This document shows, piece by piece, positions 36,636 through 46,902 of a DNA stretch of 64,000 bases. Made by a program: the position numbers and the translations under genes. Below the pieces are notes generated by a model. That model searched no databases. It was not told the DNA's origin and worked only from the letters and a program-made list of their open reading frames with translations. Numbering within the stretch: the stretch's first letter is position 1; the number at the start of each line of letters is the position of its first letter. The stretch is taken from positions 509,700-573,699 of the forward strand of contig CP070704.1 in the NCBI GenBank assembly GCA_020349945.1. The letters run 5' to 3'. Source of the DNA: Deltaproteobacteria bacterium. GTDB taxonomy: Bacteria > Desulfobacterota > DSM-4660 > Desulfatiglandales > B25-G16.

Positions 36636-39108
36636 TATCAATCCAATAAACTATAAGATCCACCTGGAGCCGGATCTAAGGACCTTGAAATTTTCGGGGA
36701 GTACTGAAATTCTGCTTGAGGCTTTAAAACCGGTCACTGAAATTACACTCAATGCATCGGAGTTGGCCTTCTGGGGTTGTAAGGTCTGGATGGACTCCAA
36801 GTTCATAGAGTGCCCATTTTATGTTGACACACGCAAAGAGAGGATCAGGGTCTGCCTCCCAAAGGAGATGACTGGAAGGATAATCCTAAAAACCACCTAC
36901 GTCGGAGAGATAAACGATAGGATGGTCGGTTTTTACCGGAGCAGGTACAGTGCTAAAGGCAGGGAAAAATACAGTGCGGTGACACAATTTGAAGAGAGTG
37001 ACGCACGAAGGGCATTTCCATGCTTTGACCATCCAGCCAAAAAGGCGACCTTTGATATTGAGATGGCCATCGATGAAAAACTCATTGCCATATCCAACGG
37101 GCCAATAACTAAGGAGAAACGCCTGCCGGACGGAAGAAAGCTCATAACGTTCCAGCAAACACCGAAGATGTCCACATACCTGCTTTTCTTCGGCGTTGGT
37201 GAGTTTGAGTTCATTGAGGACGTTGATGAAGTCCTTGTTCGCATAGCAACCATGCCTGGAATGACAAAACACGCCATATTTGGGCTCGAATTTGGCAGAA
37301 AGGCCCTGGAGTTCTGTGAGGATTATTATGGCATGAAATATCCTCTTCCAAAGCTTGATTTGATTGCCATCCCGGATTTCGCAGCAGGGGCAATGGAGAA
37401 TTGGGGTGCTATTACGTTCCGGGAAAACCTCCTGCTTCACTATCCGAATGTCACATCCAAGGCAGGCGAGCAGAGGATATGTGAGGTTATTGCCCACGAG
37501 ATAGCACACCAATGGTTTGGAAATCTAGTAACACCCTCTGATTGGAAATATCTTTGGCTGAACGAGAGCTTTGCAACGTACTTTGGTTATGGCGTTGTAA
37601 CACACTATTATCCTGACTGGGACATATGGGATCAATTTCTCCACGGCCAGACCGATAAAGCACTTGAAAGGGACGCCTTACAGGAAACATTTCCAATAGA
37701 GCTCCCTGGAGGAGAACACGTCGTCATTAACCCCAGTACAGCCCCGATCATTTACGACAAGGGGGCAAGTATCTTACGGCACATTGAGGGATATGTGGGT
37801 GAGATTGCCTTAAAAGCGGGGCTCAGATACTATCTCATGAAACATCAATACGCATGCACATCAAGTCATCACCTATGGGAGGCCATCGAAGAGATCTCAG
37901 AAAAGCCCGTAACCACAATGATGAAGAGCTGGATTGAACAGTCAGGATTCCCACTTGTTGAGGTTAAAAGGGATGCCAACAAACTATCCCTTACACAGAG
38001 GAGGTTCACCTATCTACCAAAGGAATCAGACCAGTTATGGGCCGTCCCGGTCACTGTCAGGGTGTTTTATGATAATGGCGAGGCAAGAACAATAACGAGC
38101 CTTCTTGAGAATAAGAACATGAGCATTGATATCGGAGGAAATGCCTGTGCATACAAGATAAATTATGGACAGACCGGATTCTACAGGGTCAGGTACCATG
38201 AAAAGGGTGACCTGTATGAACTCGGCAAACGAGTGCTGAGTAAAGAACTTCCGCCAGAGGATAGGTGGGGTCTTCAAAACGATCTTTATGCCCTGGTGAG
38301 AAGAGGTGATGCCTCAGTGGATGATTACCTGGAGTTTCTTTCCAATTATGAAAATGAGGACGCCTTCCTGCCTCTCATGAGTATTGCAGACAACCTGTTT
38401 CAGGCATACCTTGTCCTGGAAGGAACACAGCGGAGGAGGGTTGCATCCGTTGGGAAACCATTGCTTGAAAAGGCGGTCTCGAATATTGGTTATGAACCTC
38501 ATACAGGCGAGAAACATACAACATCTATACTGCGAGACCACATTATGGTACATGCAGTGATGTACGGTTCAGAGGGTGTCGCGGGGTTCGCATGTGGTAA
38601 ATTTTCGGCCCTAATGAGTGGAACGCACATCCACCCCGACATCATGAAGAGCACCATGCAAATCGGGGCCTTGTACGGTACCAGCAAGACCTTTACGTGG
38701 TTTGATCAAAGACTCAAATCTGCTGAAAGTGAGCATGAAAGAATAAACATACTCATAGCACTGGGGGGCTTCGGTGGCGAGGCTTTGATCGAAAAAACCC
38801 TAGAATACATTCTCAAGAAGGTACCAGACAGAAACAAGTTTATCCCCATAGCGTATATGGCCTCAAACCCACATGCCATACCCTCTCTGTGGGAATGGTA
38901 TGTTTCTCACGTGACCACACTAGAGCAGTTCCATCCAGTTCATTATGAGAGGGTCATCGAAGCAATCGTTCCCGTGTGCGGCATTGGAAAAGAACAGCAG
39001 GTTAAGGACTTCTTTGAGGACTACATGAGACAAAAGGAAAAAGCCAAGGATGTCATAAAATTGTCCCTCGAAAAGCTGGAGATAAATTTCAGGATGAGGG
39101 TCTCGTGA
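36628..39108 (+). CDS. pepN: M1 family aminopeptidase (aminopeptidase N-like)
   Basis: GAMENWG exopeptidase motif, HEIAHQWFGN...WLNESFA zinc motif, and an ERAP1-like C-terminal domain. Confidence 0.9.
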   Translation: MNDINPINYKIHLEPDLRTLKFSGSTEILLEALKPVTEITLNASELAFWGCKVWMDSKFIECPFYVDTRKERIRVCLPKEMTGRIILKTTYVGEINDRMVGFYRSRYSAKGREKYSAVTQFEESDARRAFPCFDHPAKKATFDIEMAIDEKLIAISNGPITKEKRLPDGRKLITFQQTPKMSTYLLFFGVGEFEFIEDVDEVLVRIATMPGMTKHAIFGLEFGRKALEFCEDYYGMKYPLPKLDLIAIPDFAAGAMENWGAITFRENLLLHYPNVTSKAGEQRICEVIAHEIAHQWFGNLVTPSDWKYLWLNESFATYFGYGVVTHYYPDWDIWDQFLHGQTDKALERDALQETFPIELPGGEHVVINPSTAPIIYDKGASILRHIEGYVGEIALKAGLRYYLMKHQYACTSSHHLWEAIEEISEKPVTTMMKSWIEQSGFPLVEVKRDANKLSLTQRRFTYLPKESDQLWAVPVTVRVFYDNGEARTITSLLENKNMSIDIGGNACAYKINYGQTGFYRVRYHEKGDLYELGKRVLSKELPPEDRWGLQNDLYALVRRGDASVDDYLEFLSNYENEDAFLPLMSIADNLFQAYLVLEGTQRRRVASVGKPLLEKAVSNIGYEPHTGEKHTTSILRDHIMVHAVMYGSEGVAGFACGKFSALMSGTHIHPDIMKSTMQIGALYGTSKTFTWFDQRLKSAESEHERINILIALGGFGGEALIEKTLEYILKKVPDRNKFIPIAYMASNPHAIPSLWEWYVSHVTTLEQFHPVHYERVIEAIVPVCGIGKEQQVKDFFEDYMRQKEKAKDVIKLSLEKLEINFRMRVS

Positions 39109-39138
39109 TCTACCCTCAGAAACCCCGCCCTATTCCAT

Positions 39139-40053
39139 CTATGGGTTGTTTGACCCATTATCCCCATTGAGGGTTTTCAGGGCAAGCATGAGCGCCTGGG
39201 TTCCTGACCGGCCATGTCCCTGGGCCTGAACCGCAAGGTATAACTGGTGGACCAGGGCCAATCCCGGCAACGATAGGCTCACTGCAGCAGCCTCTTGTAA
39301 GGCTATGCCCATATCCTTGATGAAATGCTCCACGAGAAAACCAGGCTCATAGTCCCCGCGGACTATACGCGGCCCCAGGTTGTTGATGGACCAGCAAGAG
39401 GCCGCTCCCTTACCGATGATATTGATCACAGACTGTTTATCCAGGCCTGCCTTAGCGGCGTACAACAGGGACTCGCACGTTCCAATCATGGTTCCTGCAA
39501 CAAGGATCTGATTGCACATTTTCGTATGCTGTCCTGCCCCTGCCCCACCCATATAGGAAATCGTTTTTCCCATCAATTGAAAAAGAGGCAGCACCGTTTC
39601 AAAGGCCGCTTTATCGCCCCCTACCATGATGGCAAGGGTCCCATCTCGGGCTCCAATATCACCGCCTGAGACAGGAGCATCCAGGCTATAGATCCCCTGT
39701 TCTGCAGCAGACCGGGCAATTCTTTGAGCTAAGCTGGGTCGACTGGTCGTCATATCCACCAAAATTTTGCAGGGACCTTTACCCGAAAGGATCCCTGTCT
39801 CTCCCAGGTAAACTTCCTCCACATCGGCAGGAAAGGCGACAATGGTGAATACGATTTCAGAGTTGGCTGAAACTTCAGCGGGCAATTCACACCAGTGGGC
39901 CCCATCCCTGAGCAATCGCTCTGCCTTACTTCTCGTACGGTTAAAAATATAAAGCTCATGTCCAGCCGCCTGTAGATGACCGGCCATTGCCGCGCCCATA
40001 ACCCCTGTACCGATCCAACCGATTTTCATCATGCTACCACTCCTTTCTTGCAT
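39139..40053 (-). CDS. NAD(P)-dependent 3-hydroxyisobutyrate / 2-hydroxy-3-oxopropionate reductase family dehydrogenase
   Basis: Rossmann start [18 protein letters not shown] and the 6PGDH-like NAD-binding family layout. The start is probably at the MMKIGW methionines (about 40032). Confidence 0.85.
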   Translation of the reverse strand: MQERSGSMMKIGWIGTGVMGAAMAGHLQAAGHELYIFNRTRSKAERLLRDGAHWCELPAEVSANSEIVFTIVAFPADVEEVYLGETGILSGKGPCKILVDMTTSRPSLAQRIARSAAEQGIYSLDAPVSGGDIGARDGTLAIMVGGDKAAFETVLPLFQLMGKTISYMGGAGAGQHTKMCNQILVAGTMIGTCESLLYAAKAGLDKQSVINIIGKGAASCWSINNLGPRIVRGDYEPGFLVEHFIKDMGIALQEAAAVSLSLPGLALVHQLYLAVQAQGHGRSGTQALMLALKTLNGDNGSNNP

Positions 40054-40169
40054 GGGAAAAAGAATTCTGGCCTCTCACAAGAGGGAACGCGATGCAGTAT
40101 TAATCTTTTGAGTGTATGAGTCAACATTCAACTTTGAACCGAAGATTCGGATTTATTAACCTCAAGCTC

Positions 40170-40931
40170 TTATACGAAACGGTATAGTGCCATCAGAGCG
40201 CCTGCAAGCAAGACAACGGACAATAAAACGTAGTCCCTCCAGGTTACCCGGAACTCCGATACAACTGAGCGCTTTTTGCCTTTCCCAAAGCCCCTCGACT
40301 CTAAGGCCACGGCCAGTTGATCAGCACGGCGAAGGCCGCTTGCCAGCACTGGCACAATAATGGGTACGTAATGCCGTATACGCCTTAGTATACCACCGGA
40401 ATCAAGGTCCAGGCCGCGGGCCTTCTGGGCCATCACGATAGCCTGCCCTGTCTCTATAAACAGAGGAGTCAAGCGAAAGGCAAGCGTCAGGGCAAAGCTC
40501 ACTGCAAAGGGTATCCCCAGCTTGGATAACCCGTATGTAAAGTCTTCGATGGGTGTGCTCGTCAGGAAGATGATCGCCGCCAGGACAAAGCAATTCAATC
40601 GTATGCCGATTGTAATCCCGTACAACAGGCTTTCCTTCATAATAACAAGCGGGCCCAGGGTACACAGGGCAGTTTGACCTTTATAGAAAAAACTCCAAAG
40701 TACTATGCTCATGACAAATAGCAGGATCATGAGCTTATAGACGCGGACAAGGTTACCTCCTGCTCGGGCCAAAAGGGCCGCAGAGAACAAAAGTCCGAAA
40801 TATGGCAGGACCTCGACCGGCCTGTCCGCGAAAAATGGAGGCACAAATGCAGCTGCCAGGCCGATGAGCTTTGAAACTGGATTCGCACGTTCGAAAAACC
40901 CCCCTGTTGGATGATAAAATGCCAGGCTCAC
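40170..40931 (-). CDS. ecfT: ECF transporter transmembrane (T) component
   Basis: 253-aa CbiQ/EcfT-like membrane protein with the ARG...R coupling-helix region (AQKARGLD). Overlaps the ATPase gene by 4 nt. Confidence 0.85.
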   Translation of the reverse strand: MSLAFYHPTGGFFERANPVSKLIGLAAAFVPPFFADRPVEVLPYFGLLFSAALLARAGGNLVRVYKLMILLFVMSIVLWSFFYKGQTALCTLGPLVIMKESLLYGITIGIRLNCFVLAAIIFLTSTPIEDFTYGLSKLGIPFAVSFALTLAFRLTPLFIETGQAIVMAQKARGLDLDSGGILRRIRHYVPIIVPVLASGLRRADQLAVALESRGFGKGKKRSVVSEFRVTWRDYVLLSVVLLAGALMALYRFV

Positions 40932-42604
40932 TGCACCCTCCTTTCAAGAGATCGGGCCAGTTCAGGAACGGTAAGGGCCGAGAGCCCGTACATACACCCT
41001 AATCGCACGCAAGGTGGGGCGATCAGGCTTGTCCGGGAAAGCAAATCAGGCCTGCTGAATATCCCTCGGGCAGTACCATCGCCAATTATTTTTCCCGAAT
41101 CCAAAAGTACCACGCGACGCGCGTAACCAGCCGCAACCTGCACGGAGTGGGTGATGATGACTATGGTGTGCCCTGCCCTGTTCAGCGTGGTTAAAAGGTC
41201 CATCATGGCAATCTGCTCTTGAGCGTCCAGACCTGTGGTCGGCTCATCCAGTATGAGCACTTCCGGTTCGCAGGCCAGCACACAGGCCACGGCAAGTTTC
41301 TGGCGTTCTCCTTTGGTCATTACGAAAGGATCGACTTCTTCCTTTCCGGCAAGTCCGACAGACTCTAAGGCAGCAGAGACCTTCTGGGGAATGTCCCTCT
41401 CAGATATCCCGTAGTTGCGTAAACCGAAGGCCACTTCTTCGAATACATTTGGCGCAAAAAGCATTTGGTCCGGGTTTTGAAATACGAAGCCAATCCTCCG
41501 GCCCATTCTTGCTGGACCGATCTCCTCAACTGGAGTTCCCTTGAATAGGACACGGCCCGACCCTGGTTGCAAAAAGGCATTGAAATGCATAACCAGTGTT
41601 GTTTTCCCAGAGCCGTTTTGGCCAAGAAGACAAACGAAGTCACCCTGCCTTATTTCAAGAGAAATGCCTCGTAAAACCGGCACGTTGGGGGTGTAGGAAA
41701 AGTGGAGGTCTTCAGTGGCTATCAGGGGAGCTCCTCCAGGTTCGGGTACTTCAGCACCTGTGGGGCCTGACTTTGGTACAAACCCCTCCCTGTCGAGAAC
41801 CTCTTTTGCCTCCTCAACAGAAAGGGGGTGCCCCCGTAATCCCAGCAAGGAAAAGAGGGCGAGCATCTGTGGCGCAAAGAGCCCGTTGTAAGTGCAGAAC
41901 TCCGGATCCGATAGGACCTCTGCCGGCTTCCCGCTCGCGACAATGCGTCCATCGCCCATAACAACCACACGGTCAGCCCGGATCAGCCTCTCGGTATCAT
42001 GCTCAACAAGACCCACACTGTTTCCAGAAGCCACAAGCCGTTCCAGGATATCTAAAAGCTCTCTTCTGCCGATCGGGTCTAGATCCGTAGTTGGCTCATC
42101 ACACAAGAGCAGATCCGGATTAAGGCACAATACGCTCGCCAGCGCAAGCCGCTGTTTCTGTCCACCGGAAAGGCTCTGAGGCTCACGGTCAATCAAATTG
42201 GATAGCCCAACGACCTGCACAACCTCATCGATTCTCCGTTGCATGGTTTCTCTGTCAATACAGAGATTTTCCATACCGAAGGCAAGCTCGTGACGCACGT
42301 TGGTTGAAAAGAGCTGGGCTTCAAAGTCCTGAAATACCGTCCCAATAGTGCCTGCTAGCTCGGCAACGCGCCTTCTTCTTATCGGTTCCCCCCTGAGGAG
42401 AATGTCGCCGGAAAACTGTCCCTTGAAGAGCTTAGGCACAATCCCTGAAATGCATTTTACAAGGGTAGATTTCCCTGCGCCGGTAGCTCCAGCGATCCCG
42501 ACAAACTCGCCTTGATCGATAGAGAAATCTACCCTGTCCAGGGCGATCTTCCTGCTACCACGATATGTGAAGGAAACGTTCCTGCAGGAAAGGAGGCTGC
42601 ACAT
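40928..42604 (-). CDS. fused duplicated ECF/ABC ATPase (EcfA1-EcfA2)
   Basis: Two complete ABC cassettes: GATGAGKST / LSGGQKQR / LLCDEP, and GQNGSGKTT / KGERQK / LILDEP. Confidence 0.9.
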   Translation of the reverse strand: MCSLLSCRNVSFTYRGSRKIALDRVDFSIDQGEFVGIAGATGAGKSTLVKCISGIVPKLFKGQFSGDILLRGEPIRRRRVAELAGTIGTVFQDFEAQLFSTNVRHELAFGMENLCIDRETMQRRIDEVVQVVGLSNLIDREPQSLSGGQKQRLALASVLCLNPDLLLCDEPTTDLDPIGRRELLDILERLVASGNSVGLVEHDTERLIRADRVVVMGDGRIVASGKPAEVLSDPEFCTYNGLFAPQMLALFSLLGLRGHPLSVEEAKEVLDREGFVPKSGPTGAEVPEPGGAPLIATEDLHFSYTPNVPVLRGISLEIRQGDFVCLLGQNGSGKTTLVMHFNAFLQPGSGRVLFKGTPVEEIGPARMGRRIGFVFQNPDQMLFAPNVFEEVAFGLRNYGISERDIPQKVSAALESVGLAGKEEVDPFVMTKGERQKLAVACVLACEPEVLILDEPTTGLDAQEQIAMMDLLTTLNRAGHTIVIITHSVQVAAGYARRVVLLDSGKIIGDGTARGIFSRPDLLSRTSLIAPPCVRLGCMYGLSALTVPELARSLERRVQ

Positions 42605-42610
42605 GACGGC

Positions 42611-43420
42611 CTAAAGGAGGATTGCGCCCAGAAGGATAAGCAGCAGCCCAGGAGCCATTCCGCCTGCAACGGCCATTGTCCCCTTTGTCCCGCTTGCAAA
42701 TGCTGTTACACCGTAACCCACCCCGAGCGCTTCGCAGCTTATTATCAAGCCGGCAGAAAATGCGATGAATGCACCTGCAATGCAAAGAATCCCACCGACC
42801 CTGGCTGCTTTTCGTCCAAAAGGCCCGGGCTCCTCATCTACGCCACCTTGCTCCAGTATCTGGAAATACAGGAGCCCCCACATGCCTACCCGTTCGTAAA
42901 GCAGGGCTAACAAAATCGTGGAGATTGCTGCTGAGGCTATGAGATTATTTACGGCTATGATCGGGCCGAGGGCGCCAAAAGGGGCAAGCCTGATCAAATC
43001 AACTCCCCACCCGATAATGGAACCGATTACAAGACAGCTCGTGACCAGGATAATTCCAAAAACCAGCCACCCTTTCCCTCCGGATAATACCGGGTTTTTG
43101 TGCCCCATAAAGGCTCGCCAAAGTGCATAAGGCAGGTAACCATAGAAGAAGTTTCCGATAAAACCGAAAAGGCTCCCCGGACTGAGCATACCTCCTAAGG
43201 CATCTGCTATAACGTTACCGAAACCCGCCCCCCACGCTGTCGCAGGGCCAAAAAGGAAGCTCAAAACAACCGGAATTGCTGCTCCTGGGCGCACTTCGGT
43301 CAAACCGGGGATGATAACAAACCCCTTGAACGGAAGCATCACTGCGACATAGGCAGCAGCGCTGATTGCTGTCATAACGATCATTCGCGTGTTCTGCCAC
43401 ATGGTGAAAAGCTCGCGCAT
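42611..43420 (-). CDS. ECF transporter substrate-binding (S) component, possibly QueT-like
   Basis: Multi-TM protein directly upstream of ecfA-ecfT. The EVRPGAAIPVV...FGP...GNVIAD block resembles S components. Substrate is not assignable from sequence. Confidence 0.55.
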   Translation of the reverse strand: MRELFTMWQNTRMIVMTAISAAAYVAVMLPFKGFVIIPGLTEVRPGAAIPVVLSFLFGPATAWGAGFGNVIADALGGMLSPGSLFGFIGNFFYGYLPYALWRAFMGHKNPVLSGGKGWLVFGIILVTSCLVIGSIIGWGVDLIRLAPFGALGPIIAVNNLIASAAISTILLALLYERVGMWGLLYFQILEQGGVDEEPGPFGRKAARVGGILCIAGAFIAFSAGLIISCEALGVGYGVTAFASGTKGTMAVAGGMAPGLLLILLGAILL

Positions 43421-43686
43421 CTACAATGCCTCTTGAGCCTCAAGTCGACACTGAGGGTCAGGCCCCGAAATAGTACAATCGGATAAAGGCAGTACAGCCT
43501 TAGAGGGTAAACCTTAGCCCAAAATCAGCTCATTGGTCAAGGAGTTTTGCCGGAGTCTACTTTCCCTTGATCCTTGTCCTATTCGATACTATACTACATG
43601 CATTACTCCCTTCACATGAAGGCGTTCACGTATTGCTTGAAGGAGAAAACTAGATTAGGGAGTTCACTCAAGAACAGATTGCGGCC

Positions 43687-45033
43687 TTGTCGGCTTTCGT
43701 AGGGCCTGACCGGTTTTCGGTCGGTCAATCCAGTCGCGAGCTTCACCTTCACGATATCTCTCCTCACCTTGGGGCCCTGCCAGCGGGCATTATTTGGCCC
43801 AGGATCACCGAGGAGGTCAGCCACATCCTCACCTGGACCTATGACCAGGGTATTCCAATCACTCCCTGGGGAGCAGGCACCAGTACAGAAGGGAATCCTG
43901 TGCCCACCCGGGGCGGTTTGGTGATGGACTTTACTCGGATGAATGAGATCTTGGAGATCCGTCCCCAGGATCTTCAGGCCGACGTTCAACCCGGCGTATT
44001 GCGAAAAGAACTGAATCGTCAGGCAGGTAAATACGGCCTGTTTTTCCCCCCCGACCCAGGTGCAGACGCTACTATCGGTGGCATGATTGCCAACAACGCC
44101 TCTGGAGTGCAAACCGTCAAATATGGCGCCACTAAAGACTATGTGTTGAAGCTGACGGTGGTTCTCCCTCAAGGCAAGGTGATCCATACAGGATGCAAGG
44201 CCGGCAAGTCTTCCTCAGGTTATGATCTTACTCGCCTGTTCATTGGATCGGAAGGCACACTGGGAGTTGTGACCGAGGCCACGCTCCGCTTGACTGGCAT
44301 CCCCTCACACCATTTAGCTGCGATCATTACCTTTGACGACCTGGAAAGCGCAGCCAGGGCTGTGTCCGTAATGATAGGCTCAGGCTTAGAACCTGCAGCT
44401 CTCGAGCTGTTGACACCCGGATTAATCAGTCTCATGAACAAGGAAAAGCAGGTCGGCCTCAGGGAGGTCCCCAGCCTTTTCTGCGAATTTCATGGGATCA
44501 GTAAGGTTGCCTTATTGGAGACCTCTGGTCTTGCAAGGGAGTTAACACAGAGCTGCGGCGGCACCAGTTTCAGATTCGGCGTTGAGGAACGAGAGCGAGA
44601 GGACCTGTGGCGTGCCCGACATGAAGCATGGGAGACAATCCACCGTGCCCATCAAGGCAAGGAAACGCTCATCGTTGATGCGGCTGTTCCCATCTCCCGT
44701 TATCCGGAGATGGTCATCTTTTCCCAACAGCTCGTGGAAGAACGCAATGTTGCCGGATATGTCTTTGGCCATGCGGGTGACGGCAACCTACACGTTGTCA
44801 TGACAGGAGACCCTAAAGATGCGATGGAATGGTCTGCTCTGGAAGATATCAATGATCGCATTGTCACGCGAGCCATTGAATTGGGAGGAACATGTACAGG
44901 CGAACACGGTGTTGGCATTGGGAAGCGCAAATTCATGGAACTCGAGCACGGCCAGAGCTATCACCTGATGAGGCGTATTAGTGAATTGGTGGACCCCAAA
45001 CGCTTAATGAACCCGGATAAGATCTTTATATGA
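43687..45033 (+). CDS. FAD-linked oxidase (GlcD / D-lactate dehydrogenase family)
   Basis: PCMH-type FAD-binding domain (PWGAGTSTEGN, GGMIANNASG, GSEGTLGV) and a C-terminal FAD-oxidase domain (GTCTGEHGVG). Confidence 0.85.
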   Translation: MSAFVGPDRFSVGQSSRELHLHDISPHLGALPAGIIWPRITEEVSHILTWTYDQGIPITPWGAGTSTEGNPVPTRGGLVMDFTRMNEILEIRPQDLQADVQPGVLRKELNRQAGKYGLFFPPDPGADATIGGMIANNASGVQTVKYGATKDYVLKLTVVLPQGKVIHTGCKAGKSSSGYDLTRLFIGSEGTLGVVTEATLRLTGIPSHHLAAIITFDDLESAARAVSVMIGSGLEPAALELLTPGLISLMNKEKQVGLREVPSLFCEFHGISKVALLETSGLARELTQSCGGTSFRFGVEEREREDLWRARHEAWETIHRAHQGKETLIVDAAVPISRYPEMVIFSQQLVEERNVAGYVFGHAGDGNLHVVMTGDPKDAMEWSALEDINDRIVTRAIELGGTCTGEHGVGIGKRKFMELEHGQSYHLMRRISELVDPKRLMNPDKIFI

Positions 45034-45184
45034 ACATCCCTCATTCCTGATCCCCAAATTGTCCTCACTATGATGCGAATTTGCGGCGCGATTGCGCGTA
45101 GTTGAGAATCTCCCGATTGGCGATACCGACCGGCTCGCAACCGTGCATTACATCCAAGATAGACTTGATGTCGGCCGCGCGTCT

Positions 45185-45976
45185 CTATTGGCGTGATCTT
45201 TTCCTGCACCTGCGACGAAGCTCGGTGACCGCCTTGCTTACTGCACTGTAGAGTACCCAGATGTCGCCGGAGTAGCAGATAAAGTCAAAGCCCGCCTCAA
45301 AGAACTCCACCCCCTGCTGGACGGTTGGAACCAGCCGGCCAAGCGACTTGTTATACCGTTTGCAGACATCAACGATCCGCTCTACCGCCCCGGTGAATTT
45401 GGGGTGGTCGAACTGCCCGGGTATACCGAGGGAACAACTGAGGTCTAAATGCCCCACCCACAGGCAGTCGACACCATCCAGTGCAGCTATAGCGTCGGCA
45501 TTCTCCACCCCCTCGACAGTCTCAATCTGGGCAAACAGCGCTGTCCACCTGTTTGCGGCCGCCAGCTTTTCCATAACAGGACCAGGCTGGTAGCGGTCAT
45601 GCGCTATTTGCAGGGCAGCGCCGCGCCGTCCCTCCGGGAAGTACTTCATCCACTGGAGCGTATGCTTGGCCTCCTCGGCAGAGCTCACCATCGGCAGCAT
45701 AATGCCCTCTGCGCCCACATCACAGGCGCGAGATACATGGTGTCCTTCCTTGGAAGGAACGCGGACAATAGTTGGCAAATTGGCTGCCTGCATGTAACAG
45801 AGCATGGCCTTAACCGTATCAAAACTGAAACCACTATGCTCCATGTCCAGTAGCACAAAGTCGCACCTGGCGGCCTTGAGGATCTGCCCGATCCCGGGTG
45901 TAGTGAATTCTCCCACATAGTGCCCGATCTTCAGATCACGCCTGCTGGCCATGTCTTTTATGGCGATGTGCTTCAT
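45185..45976 (-). CDS. HpcH/HpaI family aldolase
   Basis: 263 aa with the family blocks D.EH, VRVP and IMLPMV. Confidence 0.8.
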   Translation of the reverse strand: MKHIAIKDMASRRDLKIGHYVGEFTTPGIGQILKAARCDFVLLDMEHSGFSFDTVKAMLCYMQAANLPTIVRVPSKEGHHVSRACDVGAEGIMLPMVSSAEEAKHTLQWMKYFPEGRRGAALQIAHDRYQPGPVMEKLAAANRWTALFAQIETVEGVENADAIAALDGVDCLWVGHLDLSCSLGIPGQFDHPKFTGAVERIVDVCKRYNKSLGRLVPTVQQGVEFFEAGFDFICYSGDIWVLYSAVSKAVTELRRRCRKRSRQ

Positions 45977-46081
45977 GTCTGACCTTCCTCCTGTCTTCTC
46001 GCCGAACAGTCAGGTTGGGCTGGTGGCTCGTTTCATAATTCTTGCATGGCGTCATTGATTTTCGGCACTGGCACCGAGGAC

Positions 46082-46852
46082 CTATACGTTCCAGAGCTCA
46101 AGTAGAAACCTTCGGCTGACCTCCAGGTATTCAAATTGCACCCTGGAATCATCACAAAACACCTCCAGGGTAATAGTCCCATCATACCCAGTTGCCTTCA
46201 AGGCGTATACGGCCTTCTTCCAATCAATGCTTCCAACTCCCAGGGGTATATGGTGGTCCTCGGTTGATCGGTTATCCGAAAAATGAACATGCATGATGTG
46301 CCTTCCCAAATACTTGCAAAAGATCCCCCCATCGTCTTTTCCCATATTTGCATGGCCGAAATCAAGATGCACCTTCAGCCCGGAAACCTCCCCCAGAAGT
46401 GCCTTGAACGTTGAAACGCAGTCAAAGGGATGTATGAAGTTTTCAAGAACAAGGGTGAGTCCGTAGGAATCTGCCATCTCTACGATCGGCTTTAGGGCAT
46501 CAATGTTGAGCGCAACAAGGGCCTGCTTCATGCCCGGTGGACAGGAATAGCAAGGATGGATATTCATGATCTTTGCCCCCAAGGCCGAAAAGATCTTTGC
46601 ACACCGTTCCAATTCCCTTAGACAGGCCTTTCGGACCCCCTTAATTGGATATGCATAGGGCAGGCAAGGGTCGGTATGCCCCACAACGAACAGGCTATAT
46701 TTGTCAAGGAGTGAAAGTACCCTATCGATATCAAGGTCCAGGGCCTTGGGACCTTCAATCGTAAGGTCCACAAACTCGTAGCCGGCCTCTCCAAAGGATG
46801 TAATCTCATCATAGACAGAGGCCGAGGGATCATTCATGACGCCGATTTTCAT
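46082..46852 (-). CDS. sugar phosphate isomerase/epimerase (xylose isomerase-like TIM barrel)
   Basis: 256 aa with the typical layout (LENF...H.DFGHAN...H.SDN). Confidence 0.8.
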   Translation of the reverse strand: MKIGVMNDPSASVYDEITSFGEAGYEFVDLTIEGPKALDLDIDRVLSLLDKYSLFVVGHTDPCLPYAYPIKGVRKACLRELERCAKIFSALGAKIMNIHPCYSCPPGMKQALVALNIDALKPIVEMADSYGLTLVLENFIHPFDCVSTFKALLGEVSGLKVHLDFGHANMGKDDGGIFCKYLGRHIMHVHFSDNRSTEDHHIPLGVGSIDWKKAVYALKATGYDGTITLEVFCDDSRVQFEYLEVSRRFLLELWNV

Positions 46853-46902
46853 TACGCATGATCTCCTTGCCTATTAGCGTCAGATAGGAATGATGAGAAA
46901 CA

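Noticed and set aside
43421-43610. Possible preQ1 (or other) riboswitch in the leader of the ECF S-component gene.
   Set aside because: The gene might be QueT-like, so I looked on the minus strand for the preQ1 hairpin plus A-rich tail (…AAAAAACUA…). I found only a plausible promoter (TTGACC-18-TAAGGT) and small generic hairpins. This needs an Infernal scan to settle.
43612-44187. 191-aa minus-strand ORF.
   Set aside because: It is antisense to the 5' part of the FAD-linked oxidase gene and has no supporting features.
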